NCBI GenBank assembly: GCA_902619045.1
Contig: CACNCX010000001.1
Location: 592-64,591 of the forward strand
Source of the DNA: an uncultured Alphaproteobacteria bacterium
Lineage (GTDB): Bacteria > Pseudomonadota > Alphaproteobacteria > HIMB59 > GCA-002718135
Direction of reading: 5' to 3'
Length of the DNA: 64,000 nucleotides
The position numbers and the translations under genes are program-made. Each line of letters opens with the position of its first letter. The stretch's first letter is position 1. Of the stretch, positions 29,449-39,109 are shown in pieces. The notes under the pieces are model-generated. The model did no database searches. It was not told the DNA's origin and saw only the letters and a list, made by a program, of their open reading frames with translations.

Positions 29449-29949
29449 TTAAAAGAAGAAAAATCTTTTTTTCTTTTTAGGTTCACCTTCTTCGTCATCT
29501 TCATTTTCTTCTTTACTGTTGAAAAAGAAAAATCTTTTCTTCTTTTTTGTTTTTTCTATTTTTTCATTGTTAGCATCTGTATTATCTTCAGATACTTCAT
29601 CTCCTAAGTTTCCATCAAGATCTTCCCTGATACTATTATCTACTTGATCTGCTTCAGTTTCTTTTAAAATATTGTCGATAACAGAATTTTCAGAAGGTAT
29701 TTCATCATTTTCTTCATCCAGACCAAAGAGAATTTCCTTTGCAAGCTCAGTATCGGTATCATCAATATCTTTTGATTCAATTTGATCTGGTGGTAGTAAA
29801 TTAAAATTTGGTGGAATTACTAATGGAGGATTTTCAACTACATTATATTCATCTATTACTTTTCTTTCTGCACCGGCACTACTTCTTATAGTATTACAAG
29901 AAGATAGCAAAATTGATGAGATGATTGTTACAAAGATAATTTTTTTCAT
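29449..29949 (-). CDS. Acidic lipoprotein, DUF3035/BamF-like
   Basis: Lipobox LLSSC. Conserved DEYNVVENPPLVIPPNFNLLPP segment. Sits beside lspA. The C-terminus carries two KKKKRFFFF repeats. Confidence 0.6.
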   Translation of the reverse strand: MKKIIFVTIISSILLSSCNTIRSSAGAERKVIDEYNVVENPPLVIPPNFNLLPPDQIESKDIDDTDTELAKEILFGLDEENDEIPSENSVIDNILKETEADQVDNSIREDLDGNLGDEVSEDNTDANNEKIEKTKKKKRFFFFNSKEENEDDEEGEPKKKKRFFFF

Positions 29950-30398
29950 TTTACAGTTTTTGATTTTATAAAAAAGCTCATTATTAACATGATAATTCCA
30001 ATTGTAATATAGATATCTGCTAGATTAAATGCTGGCCAATAAAAATCTTTATAATGTAGTAAAATAAAATCAACAACATAACTATTTATCAATCTATCAA
30101 TGATATTTGATAAAGCCCCAATTATAACAAAGAAATAAGCCAGTTTTTCTAGTTGTTTATCTGATTTAATAAATAAATAAAAAATTAATATAACAACTAT
30201 TACGGCTATTAGTATTAATATCCAATGAGAAATATAACCAGACAATAAACCAAAAGAAACACCAAAGTTCTGAACATAAACTAAATCAAAATATTCATTA
30301 ATTTTTATTGATTGATTTAAAAACAAATTATCTTGAATTAAATACTTAGTCAGAAGATCAAAAAAAATTAATGATACTAGTATAGCTATCTTAATCAC
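29946..30398 (-). CDS. lspA: Lipoprotein signal peptidase II
   Basis: 150 aa with four TM helices and the NxGxxFG-type (QNFGVSFG) and FNLAD motifs. Confidence 0.9.
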   Translation of the reverse strand: MIKIAILVSLIFFDLLTKYLIQDNLFLNQSIKINEYFDLVYVQNFGVSFGLLSGYISHWILILIAVIVVILIFYLFIKSDKQLEKLAYFFVIIGALSNIIDRLINSYVVDFILLHYKDFYWPAFNLADIYITIGIIMLIMSFFIKSKTVK

Positions 30399-33173
30399 TT
30401 AACTTATTGCATCATTACAACGATTGCAAATTTCATTTTTCACTAATTCTTTTTCATACTTCCAGCATCTTTGACATTTTTGACCACTAACTTTTGATGC
30501 TTGTATCTTTACATTTTCAATTTCATCTATTGAAAAGCCCTGGCTATTTTCATCAAGTATATGTAGTTTAAATGATGAAGTAATAGCAATTTCATCAAAC
30601 ATTACTTCATTAACTCTATCAAAATTTTCTTTTGAAATAAATATATCCAAATGAGCTTCTAAACTTGAACGTATAATTTTTTCTTCTCTTATTTTTTCAA
30701 TAGCACCCGTAGAAACTTTTCTTATATTCTTAATCAAATTCCATTTTTCATTTAATTGATCATTTTGGTATTCTTTTTTACAATTTAAAAAATCTTGAAG
30801 ATGTATACTTTCAGTATTTCCCATAGCTTTCCAAGCTTCTTCAGAAGTAAAAGAAATAGAAGGAGCAAACCACCTTACTAAATGGTTAAAGATAATATTT
30901 AAAAGAGTTCTTGTAGATCGCCTTTTGATTGAATTTATACTATCACAGTAGATGGTATCTTTTCTAATATCAAAATAAAAAGCTGAAAGATCATTAGAAC
31001 AAAAATTTAAAAGTGTGGTAAACATTAAATGAAAATTAAAAGTTTTTACACATTTTTGAATAGTTTGATCAACTTCCCATAATCTATGAAGAAGATATTG
31101 TTCTAATTCTGGAAACTCTTTCTCATCTATCGACTCTTCATTTTTAAAATTATTTAAATTGCCAATTAAAAAACGAAAGGTGTTTCTTATTCTTCTATAA
31201 GACTCTGCTTGGGATTGGAGAATGGCATTATCAAGTTTAAGATCATCATAATAATCAGAAGCAACGACCCACAATCTTAAAATATCTACTCCATATTTTT
31301 TTAATATATCATCTGGAGAAATAACGTTACCTAAAGATTTAGACATTTTTCGTCCTCTTCCATCAACAACAAATCCGTGTGTTAGAACACTTTCGTATGG
31401 TGCTTTACCTCTAGTGCCTGAAGATTCTAAAAGAGATGAATGAAACCATCCTCTATGTTGATCACTTCCTTCTAAATACATTGATGCAGGCCATTTCAAA
31501 TCTTCTCTTTGTTCTAGACAAAAAGCATGTGTAGAACCACTATCAAACCATACTTCAACTACATCTTTTACCTGTTCATAATCATTAATTGAATATTCAC
31601 CCCCTAAAAATCTTTGTGGATCTTCAGTAAACCAAGTGTTGCTTCCTTCTTTTTCATATATATCAGCTATTCTATTGATAATGTTTTCATCTCTTAAAGG
31701 TTGACCTGTTTTTTTACTTACAAATAATGGTAAAGGTACACCCCAAACTCTTTGTCTAGATACACACCAATCTGGTCTAGTTTCAATCATTGATCTAAGT
31801 CTTGTTTGACCTTGAGGAGGATAAAAAATAGTTTCATCAATTGATTTAAGAGCAATGTCTCTTAAATTATTTTTTTCCATAGAAATGAACCATTGTGGAG
31901 TATTTCTATAAATAAGAGGAGCTTTAGACCTCCATGAATGTGGGTAGCTATGACGAAGAGTGCCCTTAAATAATAATTTTGAAAATTCTTCTAATTTATC
32001 TGCAATTTTATGATCTACTTTATAAATATGCTCACCCTCAAAACCAACGGCATGTTGATTATATTTTCCATCATCTTGAACAGTCTGGATAATATCAACG
32101 TTATTTTTTATACCTAAAACATAGTCGTCATCTCCGTGTCCAGGAGCTATATGCACAACTCCTGTTCCCTGTTCTAAGTTTACAAAATCCCCATGAAATG
32201 GTTTTACAATAAAATCGTATCCCAATTTTTTAAATGGATGCTCACATTCACAAGAAGATAAATTATCTCCTTTAAATTTTTTATTTATACTAAATTTTTT
32301 AATTCCAATTTCTTTAGTTACATTTTCTAAAAGTTCTGAAGCAAATATTAATTTATCATTTTTTTTGACTAAACTATCTGCTTCTAATTCTTCAACAACA
32401 ATAAGTGAATAATCTAATTCTTTTCCATAAGCCAAAGCTCTATTACCTGGAATAGTCCAAGGAGTTGTTGTCCAAATAACAATATTAGAATCAATTAAAT
32501 CTTTATCGGTAGAATTTTTAATTAAAAATTTAACATATATAGTGTTAGACGTATGATCTTCATATTCAACTTCTGCATCAGCTAGAGCTGTCTTTTCTAC
32601 GACAGACCAGAGAACTGGTTTTGCTCCTTTATACAAACTTTCATCAAGAAGAAATTTTCCAAGTTCTCGAACAATTTGTGCTTCTGCTTGATTTGACATT
32701 GTAAGGTAAGGATTTTCCCAATCTCCTTCAACACCAAGTCGCCTAAACTCTTTTTTTTGTATATCGATCCATTTTTCTGCAAACTCTCTACACTCATTTC
32801 TAAATTGAACAGTTGGAACATCATCCTTGTTCTTTCCTTTTTTTCTATATTCTTCTTCAATTTTCCATTCAATTGGTAAGCCGTGACAATCCCATCCAGG
32901 TACATAAATAGAATCTTTACCTGCCATTTGTTGTGTTCGCACAATGACGTCTTTTAAAATTTTATTAAGAGCTGTTCCCATATGAATATGTCCATTTGCG
33001 TATGGCGGACCATCATGAAGAACAAATTTTTCTCTTCCTTTAGATTTATGTCTTAGCTTTTTAAAAATATTTTCTTTATCCCACCCCTCTAGTATTGAAG
33101 GTTCTTTTGCTGGAAGGTTAGCTCTCATTTCAAAAGATGTTTTGGGAAGAAAAATTGTATCTTTATATTCCAT
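30399..33173 (-). CDS. ileS: Isoleucyl-tRNA synthetase
   Basis: HIGH-type (NGHIHMG) and KMSKS motifs, C-terminal Zn finger CQRCW...CNRC, 924 aa. Confidence 0.98.
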   Translation of the reverse strand: MEYKDTIFLPKTSFEMRANLPAKEPSILEGWDKENIFKKLRHKSKGREKFVLHDGPPYANGHIHMGTALNKILKDVIVRTQQMAGKDSIYVPGWDCHGLPIEWKIEEEYRKKGKNKDDVPTVQFRNECREFAEKWIDIQKKEFRRLGVEGDWENPYLTMSNQAEAQIVRELGKFLLDESLYKGAKPVLWSVVEKTALADAEVEYEDHTSNTIYVKFLIKNSTDKDLIDSNIVIWTTTPWTIPGNRALAYGKELDYSLIVVEELEADSLVKKNDKLIFASELLENVTKEIGIKKFSINKKFKGDNLSSCECEHPFKKLGYDFIVKPFHGDFVNLEQGTGVVHIAPGHGDDDYVLGIKNNVDIIQTVQDDGKYNQHAVGFEGEHIYKVDHKIADKLEEFSKLLFKGTLRHSYPHSWRSKAPLIYRNTPQWFISMEKNNLRDIALKSIDETIFYPPQGQTRLRSMIETRPDWCVSRQRVWGVPLPLFVSKKTGQPLRDENIINRIADIYEKEGSNTWFTEDPQRFLGGEYSINDYEQVKDVVEVWFDSGSTHAFCLEQREDLKWPASMYLEGSDQHRGWFHSSLLESSGTRGKAPYESVLTHGFVVDGRGRKMSKSLGNVISPDDILKKYGVDILRLWVVASDYYDDLKLDNAILQSQAESYRRIRNTFRFLIGNLNNFKNEESIDEKEFPELEQYLLHRLWEVDQTIQKCVKTFNFHLMFTTLLNFCSNDLSAFYFDIRKDTIYCDSINSIKRRSTRTLLNIIFNHLVRWFAPSISFTSEEAWKAMGNTESIHLQDFLNCKKEYQNDQLNEKWNLIKNIRKVSTGAIEKIREEKIIRSSLEAHLDIFISKENFDRVNEVMFDEIAITSSFKLHILDENSQGFSIDEIENVKIQASKVSGQKCQRCWKYEKELVKNEICNRCNDAIS

Positions 33174-34102
33174 TATAGTTGATGATATTCTTTAGCTGTA
33201 TTTATATCTTTTTTGATTTGCTTGGTTAATTCTTCAAAATTATTAAATTTTTGTTCAGACCTAATAAATGTAAGGAATTCAACAGTCAATTCTTTACCAT
33301 ATATTTCTTCACTAAAATTAAACATATGAGTCTCTAGAAGGAGTTTGCTTCCATCAACTGTTGGTCTTAAACCAAAATTTGAAACACCTTTGTATTTTTT
33401 GCCTTCTAATAGCACTTCCACACAGTAAACACCTCTTTTTGGTAATATGTGTTGATCTGGTATCATATTAGCAGTCGGAAAATTGATTTCTCTAGCTCTT
33501 TTATCACCTTCAATTATTGTTCCATGCATATGCCAGGGCCTACCTAAAGACTCAGTAACATCTTCCATATAACCATCTTTTATTTGTGATCGAATTATTG
33601 AAGATGAATATTTATCAGATTTATCATCAAGCATAATAGGATCGATTAAATGAATATTAAAATTATTTTTTTCAGCATACTTTTCTAATGTTTTAAAATT
33701 ACCTTTTCTATCTTTTCCAAATTTAAAATCAGTACCTATAACTAAGTATTTAATATTTAATTTATCAATAAGAATTTTAGTTACAAAATCATCAGCTGAC
33801 AATATTGATAGATTATTATCAAAAGAAAAATCTATAAATATATCTAAACCCAATCTTTCAAGAATATTTATTTTATCACTTTGAGTATAAATATTAAAAG
33901 GCTCATTAATTTGATTAAAGTAAACACGAGGATGAGGATTAAAACTTATTATAGAAGATAATAAATTATTGTTTGATGCAATCTCCTTAATTTTATTTAT
34001 TATTTCTTGATGCCCTTTATGTATTCCATCAAAATTACCTATTGCGAGACAAAGTTTTAATTTTTCAAAATCTGATGCTGTATCTAATTTATAAATTTTC
34101 AT
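33173..34102 (-). CDS. ribF: Bifunctional riboflavin kinase / FMN adenylyltransferase
   Basis: GNFDGIHKGH motif plus a C-terminal riboflavin kinase domain (PTANM...). Start/stop overlap with ileS. Confidence 0.9.
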   Translation of the reverse strand: MKIYKLDTASDFEKLKLCLAIGNFDGIHKGHQEIINKIKEIASNNNLLSSIISFNPHPRVYFNQINEPFNIYTQSDKINILERLGLDIFIDFSFDNNLSILSADDFVTKILIDKLNIKYLVIGTDFKFGKDRKGNFKTLEKYAEKNNFNIHLIDPIMLDDKSDKYSSSIIRSQIKDGYMEDVTESLGRPWHMHGTIIEGDKRAREINFPTANMIPDQHILPKRGVYCVEVLLEGKKYKGVSNFGLRPTVDGSKLLLETHMFNFSEEIYGKELTVEFLTFIRSEQKFNNFEELTKQIKKDINTAKEYHQL

Positions 34103-34144
34103 AATATTTATAAATCAATTAGTATAGAAACTTATGGCTAGTAA

Positions 34145-35458
34145 CTACAAATATTTATTTAAGATATTTTCCAGATATTCTTGTCTTCCTGAACGAGGTT
34201 CTGGTTCAATATTATCGTCGATTACTTTTTTATTTATATCATCTAATCCAGTATCTTTATTATGAATAAACTGCCCCAAACTTTTATTCCAGTCTTCATA
34301 TCTATCTTCAATAAACTTAGGAATAACATTATCATTCATCATTTTTTCAACAGCAATAAGTGTTTTTGCACAAACATCCATGCCTCCAATATGAGCATGG
34401 AATAAATCTTCAGCATCGATAGATTGTCTTCTTATTTTTGCATCAAAGTTCATGCCTCCTTGGCCTAAGCCGCCATTCTTAAAAATAAAATAAAATGACA
34501 TAATTAAGTCGGCAGGATTATTTGGGAATTGATCCGTATCCCAACCTATCAAAGTATCACCTCTATTAATATCAATACTTCCTAAGGCGCTGTTTGAAGT
34601 AGCGTAAGCAATTTCATGTTCGAAATTATGACCAGATAAAGTTGCATGATTAACTTCAACATTTAGTTTAATCTCATTTTCTAAACCTGCCTTTCGTAAA
34701 AACGCTAAGCAAGTTGCAGAGTCAAAGTCATATTGATGTTTAGTTGGTTCATGAGGTTTTGGTTCTAATAAAATTTGACCTTTAAATCCTATCTTGTGTT
34801 TATAATTAACGACTAATTCTAAAAATCTTTGAAGATTAGCTGTTTCCTTAGTCATGTCAGTATTAAGAATAGTTTCGTATCCTTCTCTTCCACCCCAAAG
34901 AACATAGTTTTGACCACCCAATCTCATCGTTGCATCCATACAATCTTTTACTTGTGCAGCTTTATATGCAAAAACTTCTGGGTCTGGATTGGTAGATGCG
35001 CCACTCATATATCTTTTATGAGAAAAAGCATTTGCTGTTCCCCACAATAATTTCATTCCAGAGTCATTAATTTTTTGTTCCATTAAATCTATAATATGAA
35101 AGAAATTTTTTTGTGTCTCAGCATAATTTGAACCTTCGGGAGAAATATCTCTATCGTGAAAGCAGAAAAAAGGTGTTTTTATTTTAGTGAAAAAATCAAA
35201 TGCAGCATCAAGTTTCATTTCAGCCATTTTCATTTCATCACCTGCTTGCATCCACGGTCTATCAAATGTTTGACCACCAAATGGATCCAAGCCAGGCCAA
35301 GTAAATGTATGCCAATAACAAGTAGCAAACCTTAAATGCTCTTTCATAGACTTGCCTAAAACTTTTTTAGATTCATCATAAAACTTAAAAGCGAATGGGT
35401 TTGTACTTTCTTCGCCTTCAAATTTAATCTCTGGTATTTTACTAAAGTATTCTGTCAT
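34145..35458 (-). CDS. xylA: Xylose isomerase (class II)
   Basis: N-terminal FEGEESTNPFAFKFY...HLRFATCYWHTF, plus the WGGREG and LEPKPHEPTKHQYDFD blocks. Confidence 0.95.
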   Translation of the reverse strand: MTEYFSKIPEIKFEGEESTNPFAFKFYDESKKVLGKSMKEHLRFATCYWHTFTWPGLDPFGGQTFDRPWMQAGDEMKMAEMKLDAAFDFFTKIKTPFFCFHDRDISPEGSNYAETQKNFFHIIDLMEQKINDSGMKLLWGTANAFSHKRYMSGASTNPDPEVFAYKAAQVKDCMDATMRLGGQNYVLWGGREGYETILNTDMTKETANLQRFLELVVNYKHKIGFKGQILLEPKPHEPTKHQYDFDSATCLAFLRKAGLENEIKLNVEVNHATLSGHNFEHEIAYATSNSALGSIDINRGDTLIGWDTDQFPNNPADLIMSFYFIFKNGGLGQGGMNFDAKIRRQSIDAEDLFHAHIGGMDVCAKTLIAVEKMMNDNVIPKFIEDRYEDWNKSLGQFIHNKDTGLDDINKKVIDDNIEPEPRSGRQEYLENILNKYL

Positions 35459-35481
35459 ATGATTTCCTATATTATATTACT

Positions 35482-36195
35482 CTATCTTGATGCCCAAAGT
35501 AAACCACGTTTATAAATTTTATTCATTTGTGGATGGTTTAATTCATGAGCAAAATGACCAAGAGAAATATAAAAAATTTTTCCTTCCCCAATTCGTCTTT
35601 TCCAGGCAACTGGCATTTCTACACCCTTTAACCATTCTGTGGTATATGCGTCACCACTTGATGAACCGGGTTCTTGTTCAAGCTTCCAAACTTCGTTACC
35701 TTTAAATGTCGTCGTTGCTAAAACTTCATTTAATGGATCCACATGCATGTAATATTGCTCTGAATGATAATCAAAATCTTCAATACCTTCCATGATTGGA
35801 TCATCTTTTTTTGTTATATTGACTTTATAATCATGAATACCATTTGGGTGACTTACCCATTGACCACCAGTTAAGAACTGCCAATCAATTGATTGTCTAA
35901 ACGCATCACACATTCCACCGTGATGACCAGCAAGACCACATCCATTATGAACAGCTTTAATAACATTATTAACAGCAGTTTTTTTTATTTCTCCTCTTGG
36001 ATCAAAATGAAAGGCCATCGTCACTATAGGTATAAGCAGATCCATTTCATGAACATAGTCTTCTGCAAATGCAGAAGTTTGATATTCTGCTCTTACTTCA
36101 TATCCTTCAGGCTCAAGCATGCCTTTAATTATTTCAGTACATTTTTCTGGCTCATGTCCTGGCCAACCTCCATAAACAATTAAAGCTTTTTTCAT
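35482..36195 (-). CDS. ThuA-like (trehalose-utilisation / GATase1-like) domain protein
   Basis: 237 aa with N-terminal KALIVYGGWPGHEP and the family-typical layout. Adjacent to a Gfo/Idh/MocA (ThuB-like) gene. Confidence 0.7.
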   Translation of the reverse strand: MKKALIVYGGWPGHEPEKCTEIIKGMLEPEGYEVRAEYQTSAFAEDYVHEMDLLIPIVTMAFHFDPRGEIKKTAVNNVIKAVHNGCGLAGHHGGMCDAFRQSIDWQFLTGGQWVSHPNGIHDYKVNITKKDDPIMEGIEDFDYHSEQYYMHVDPLNEVLATTTFKGNEVWKLEQEPGSSSGDAYTTEWLKGVEMPVAWKRRIGEGKIFYISLGHFAHELNHPQMNKIYKRGLLWASR

Positions 36196-36205
36196 TTTAT
36201 TCCTT

Positions 36206-37351
36206 TCACTTTAATAAATTACTAATCTCATCCTCAGAGAAGTAATTTAAATTTTTAATAGAACTTCTAAGTTCTATTTTTTTATTTTCTTTTGATGATT
36301 TAATAATACTATCTAGTATATCTAAAACGTGAAGACTTAATTCTCCACTACATCTATTTAAACGATTGTTTTTTATTGCATCAACTGTTTCGCTTACACC
36401 TATACCTCTATAGTTAGCAATACCTGCTGATTCATTTGCTTTTTCAGATTTATTTTTAATATTTATTTTACCTAAATTGTTATTCTTGGTATCTATATTT
36501 TCCCAAGCTCCATTTTTTGATTTACAAACTAAAATATCACCGCCAAACATATTTGGATCAGGGATATTTATTGAACCTTTATCACCGTATAACTCGATGT
36601 GATTCTTACTGTGTTTCCAAACATCAAAAGAAAAAAATGAATCAATTAATGCCCCACTCTCAAATTCTATTTGTGAAACTAATGTTGTTGGGATTTCAAC
36701 TTCTATTTCTTGCCCTTGTCTATCGCCACTACCAATAATTCTTTTTTGATAAACTGTTCTTGATTGCGTAAAAACATTTTTCGCAGGACCGAGTAAATTT
36801 ACTAGTGCTGTAAAATAGTATGGACCCATATCAAGAATCGGACCGCCTCCATATTTGTAATAAAAATCTGGATTTGGATGCCAAATTTCATGTCCAGCTA
36901 CACCCATTGAAATACTACCAAGATTTATTTTACCTATTTCATTTTGATCAATAATTTTTTTTGCTTCCTGTATACCAGCACCAAGAAATGTATCTGGGGC
37001 ACAGCCCACATGTAAACCTTTTGAATTGCTTAAATTTACTAACTCTTCACCATGTTCAAACTTTATTGAGAGTGGTTTTTCTGAATAAGAATGTTTTCCA
37101 GCATCAAGAATTGATTTTGAAACTTCAAAATGAACATCTGGTATTGTTAAGTTTATTATTAACTCAATTTCTTTATTAGATAATATCTGGTCTACTGATA
37201 ATTGTTCTACTCCATATTTTTCTGCATAGTTTTTTGCAGCTTCATTTTTAATATCAGCACATGCAACTATTTGAAAATTATTAAAGTACTTCTGGGAATT
37301 TCTGAAATAAATATCAGCAATATTTCCACAACCAATAATTCCTACTTTCAT
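36206..37351 (-). CDS. Gfo/Idh/MocA-family oxidoreductase (ThuB-like), paralog of 57831-58982
   Basis: MKVGIIGCGNIAD Rossmann start. Start moved to the ATG at 37351, 4 nt after the permease stop and preceded by AAGGA. About half identical to the 57831 ORF by eye. Confidence 0.85.
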   Translation of the reverse strand: MKVGIIGCGNIADIYFRNSQKYFNNFQIVACADIKNEAAKNYAEKYGVEQLSVDQILSNKEIELIINLTIPDVHFEVSKSILDAGKHSYSEKPLSIKFEHGEELVNLSNSKGLHVGCAPDTFLGAGIQEAKKIIDQNEIGKINLGSISMGVAGHEIWHPNPDFYYKYGGGPILDMGPYYFTALVNLLGPAKNVFTQSRTVYQKRIIGSGDRQGQEIEVEIPTTLVSQIEFESGALIDSFFSFDVWKHSKNHIELYGDKGSINIPDPNMFGGDILVCKSKNGAWENIDTKNNNLGKINIKNKSEKANESAGIANYRGIGVSETVDAIKNNRLNRCSGELSLHVLDILDSIIKSSKENKKIELRSSIKNLNYFSEDEISNLLK

Positions 37352-37355
37352 AAAA

Positions 37356-38186
37356 CTATTCCTTAACTGCTCCACCTGTTAAACCTGCAACAATATATTT
37401 TTGTAAAGCAAAAAAGAAAACTACTGCTGGAACTAAGGTTAATGAAACATAAGCTAATATTTTACCCCAATCAGTAAAGTACTCACCTCTAAAAACCATT
37501 ATACCCATCGGCCATGAATAAAGAGATTCATCATTAATCATTATAAGAGGCAAAAGGTAATTATTCCAGCTGCCTGTAAGTGTAATAACGCTAACTGTTG
37601 CTAAGATTGGAGTTGATAAAGGAAGAGTAAACCTAAAATAAAATTGGGTATAGCTACAGCCATCACAAACAGCAGCTTCAAATATCTCTTTTGGCATTTG
37701 TCTAAAAAATCCTCGAAAGAGAATTATAGAAAAACCAAGCCCAAATGCAATTTGTGGAATTATAACAGCCCAACTTGTACCCAATAAACCAAAATCACGC
37801 ACTCTTAAAAACAAAGGTAAAATAGCAGTTGCAAATGGAAACATTAGTCCTAGTAAAAAATAATTATAAAGAAATTTATTTGCTGCAAATTTTACATGAG
37901 CAAAAACAAAAGCTGTCATAGAGGCAAATAAGACTACAAAAAAAGTAGTTCCTACTGCGTATACTGTTGAGTTCCATAAAAAAAGCCAGAAATCAGAATT
38001 AATTAAAAGAGATGTATAATTTTCAAACTTCCAGTCTATTGGTAAGCCTAAAGAGTTTGTTCTAAGTTCACCAGTGTGTTTAAAGCCCCCCATTACAGAA
38101 ACGTATAATGGAATAATAATTACTCCTGCTAGAAAAAATAGAAGAAGATACAAATAATAAGTTCTAAAATTTGTTTTCATTATCAT
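37356..38186 (-). CDS. CUT1-type (MalG-like) sugar ABC transporter permease
   Basis: Six TM helices and an EAA loop (FEAAVCDGCSYTQFYFRFTLP). Confidence 0.9.
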   Translation of the reverse strand: MIMKTNFRTYYLYLLLFFLAGVIIIPLYVSVMGGFKHTGELRTNSLGLPIDWKFENYTSLLINSDFWLFLWNSTVYAVGTTFFVVLFASMTAFVFAHVKFAANKFLYNYFLLGLMFPFATAILPLFLRVRDFGLLGTSWAVIIPQIAFGLGFSIILFRGFFRQMPKEIFEAAVCDGCSYTQFYFRFTLPLSTPILATVSVITLTGSWNNYLLPLIMINDESLYSWPMGIMVFRGEYFTDWGKILAYVSLTLVPAVVFFFALQKYIVAGLTGGAVKE

Positions 38187-39063
38187 CCCTCATTAATGTT
38201 CTTTGATAACCAATTGCAATAAATAAACAGATTAAGAATATTACAACTCCAACCGCACTTCCAAAACCAACTTTCATACGCATTACACCAAAATAATATA
38301 AATAAGAAACCATCGAATGCGTTACATTTGAAGGCCCTCCTCCTGTTAGTGGCATAATAATATCAAATAGCTGTAAACTACCTAATAGTGATAAAAATAC
38401 TGAAAGCTTAATTGTCGGAATAAGCATTGGTATTTTAATTCTAAAGGCAGTTGTTATTGGGCCTGCCCCATCTACTTTAGCTGCTTCTAATACTTCTTTT
38501 GAAATAGCTTGCAATCCTGCAATATAAATCATCATGTGAATTCCAAAAAATTTCCAAAATATAACAATTAAAATTGCTACCAATGCCCAATCCTTATCAC
38601 CAAGTACAAATGGTGCCTCTGCACCAAAGAAACCCCAAATTGCAGCAACTAAACCATAATTACCATCATAAATGTATGCCCAGATTAACGCTGTTACTAT
38701 TTCTGCTAAAATAAATGGAAGAAAAAAAACAGTTCTAAAAAAAGCAGCTCCTCTGAGTTTATCTGAAATCATTAAAGCAATTAAAAGAGCAAATGGTAAT
38801 TGAACAAATAATGATATAGCAATTATGTAAAAATTATTTTTGAGTGACATAATAAACACTCTATTTTTGAATAAAAACTCATAATTTTTAAGTCCAACAA
38901 ATTTCTCAGGTGCGCCATAGCCATTCCATCTAAAAAAACTGTAATAGGCTGCTTCACCTATTGGAAGAACTACAAACAAAGTAAATATTGTTAAGGCAGG
39001 TATTAAAAATATTATTATTGTATAATACCTACTAAGTAGTGCATCAAATTTTGCTGATCTCAT
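38164..39063 (-). CDS. CUT1-type (MalF-like) sugar ABC transporter permease
   Basis: EAA loop LEAAKVDGAGPITTAFRIKIP in a polytopic protein. Confidence 0.9.
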   Translation of the reverse strand: MRSAKFDALLSRYYTIIIFLIPALTIFTLFVVLPIGEAAYYSFFRWNGYGAPEKFVGLKNYEFLFKNRVFIMSLKNNFYIIAISLFVQLPFALLIALMISDKLRGAAFFRTVFFLPFILAEIVTALIWAYIYDGNYGLVAAIWGFFGAEAPFVLGDKDWALVAILIVIFWKFFGIHMMIYIAGLQAISKEVLEAAKVDGAGPITTAFRIKIPMLIPTIKLSVFLSLLGSLQLFDIIMPLTGGGPSNVTHSMVSYLYYFGVMRMKVGFGSAVGVVIFLICLFIAIGYQRTLMRDDNENKF

Positions 39064-39072
39064 AGCTATGAA

Positions 39073-39100
39073 CAGGGCTCTTAATTAAAAAAGAGCCCTG
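39073..39100 (-). promoter_or_regulatory. Intra-operon hairpin between the binding-protein and permease genes
   Basis: 10-bp perfect stem cagggctctt/aagagccctg with an 8-nt loop. Only UU follows it on the minus strand, so it is not a full terminator. Confidence 0.6.
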
Positions 39101-39109
39101 ATATTTATA

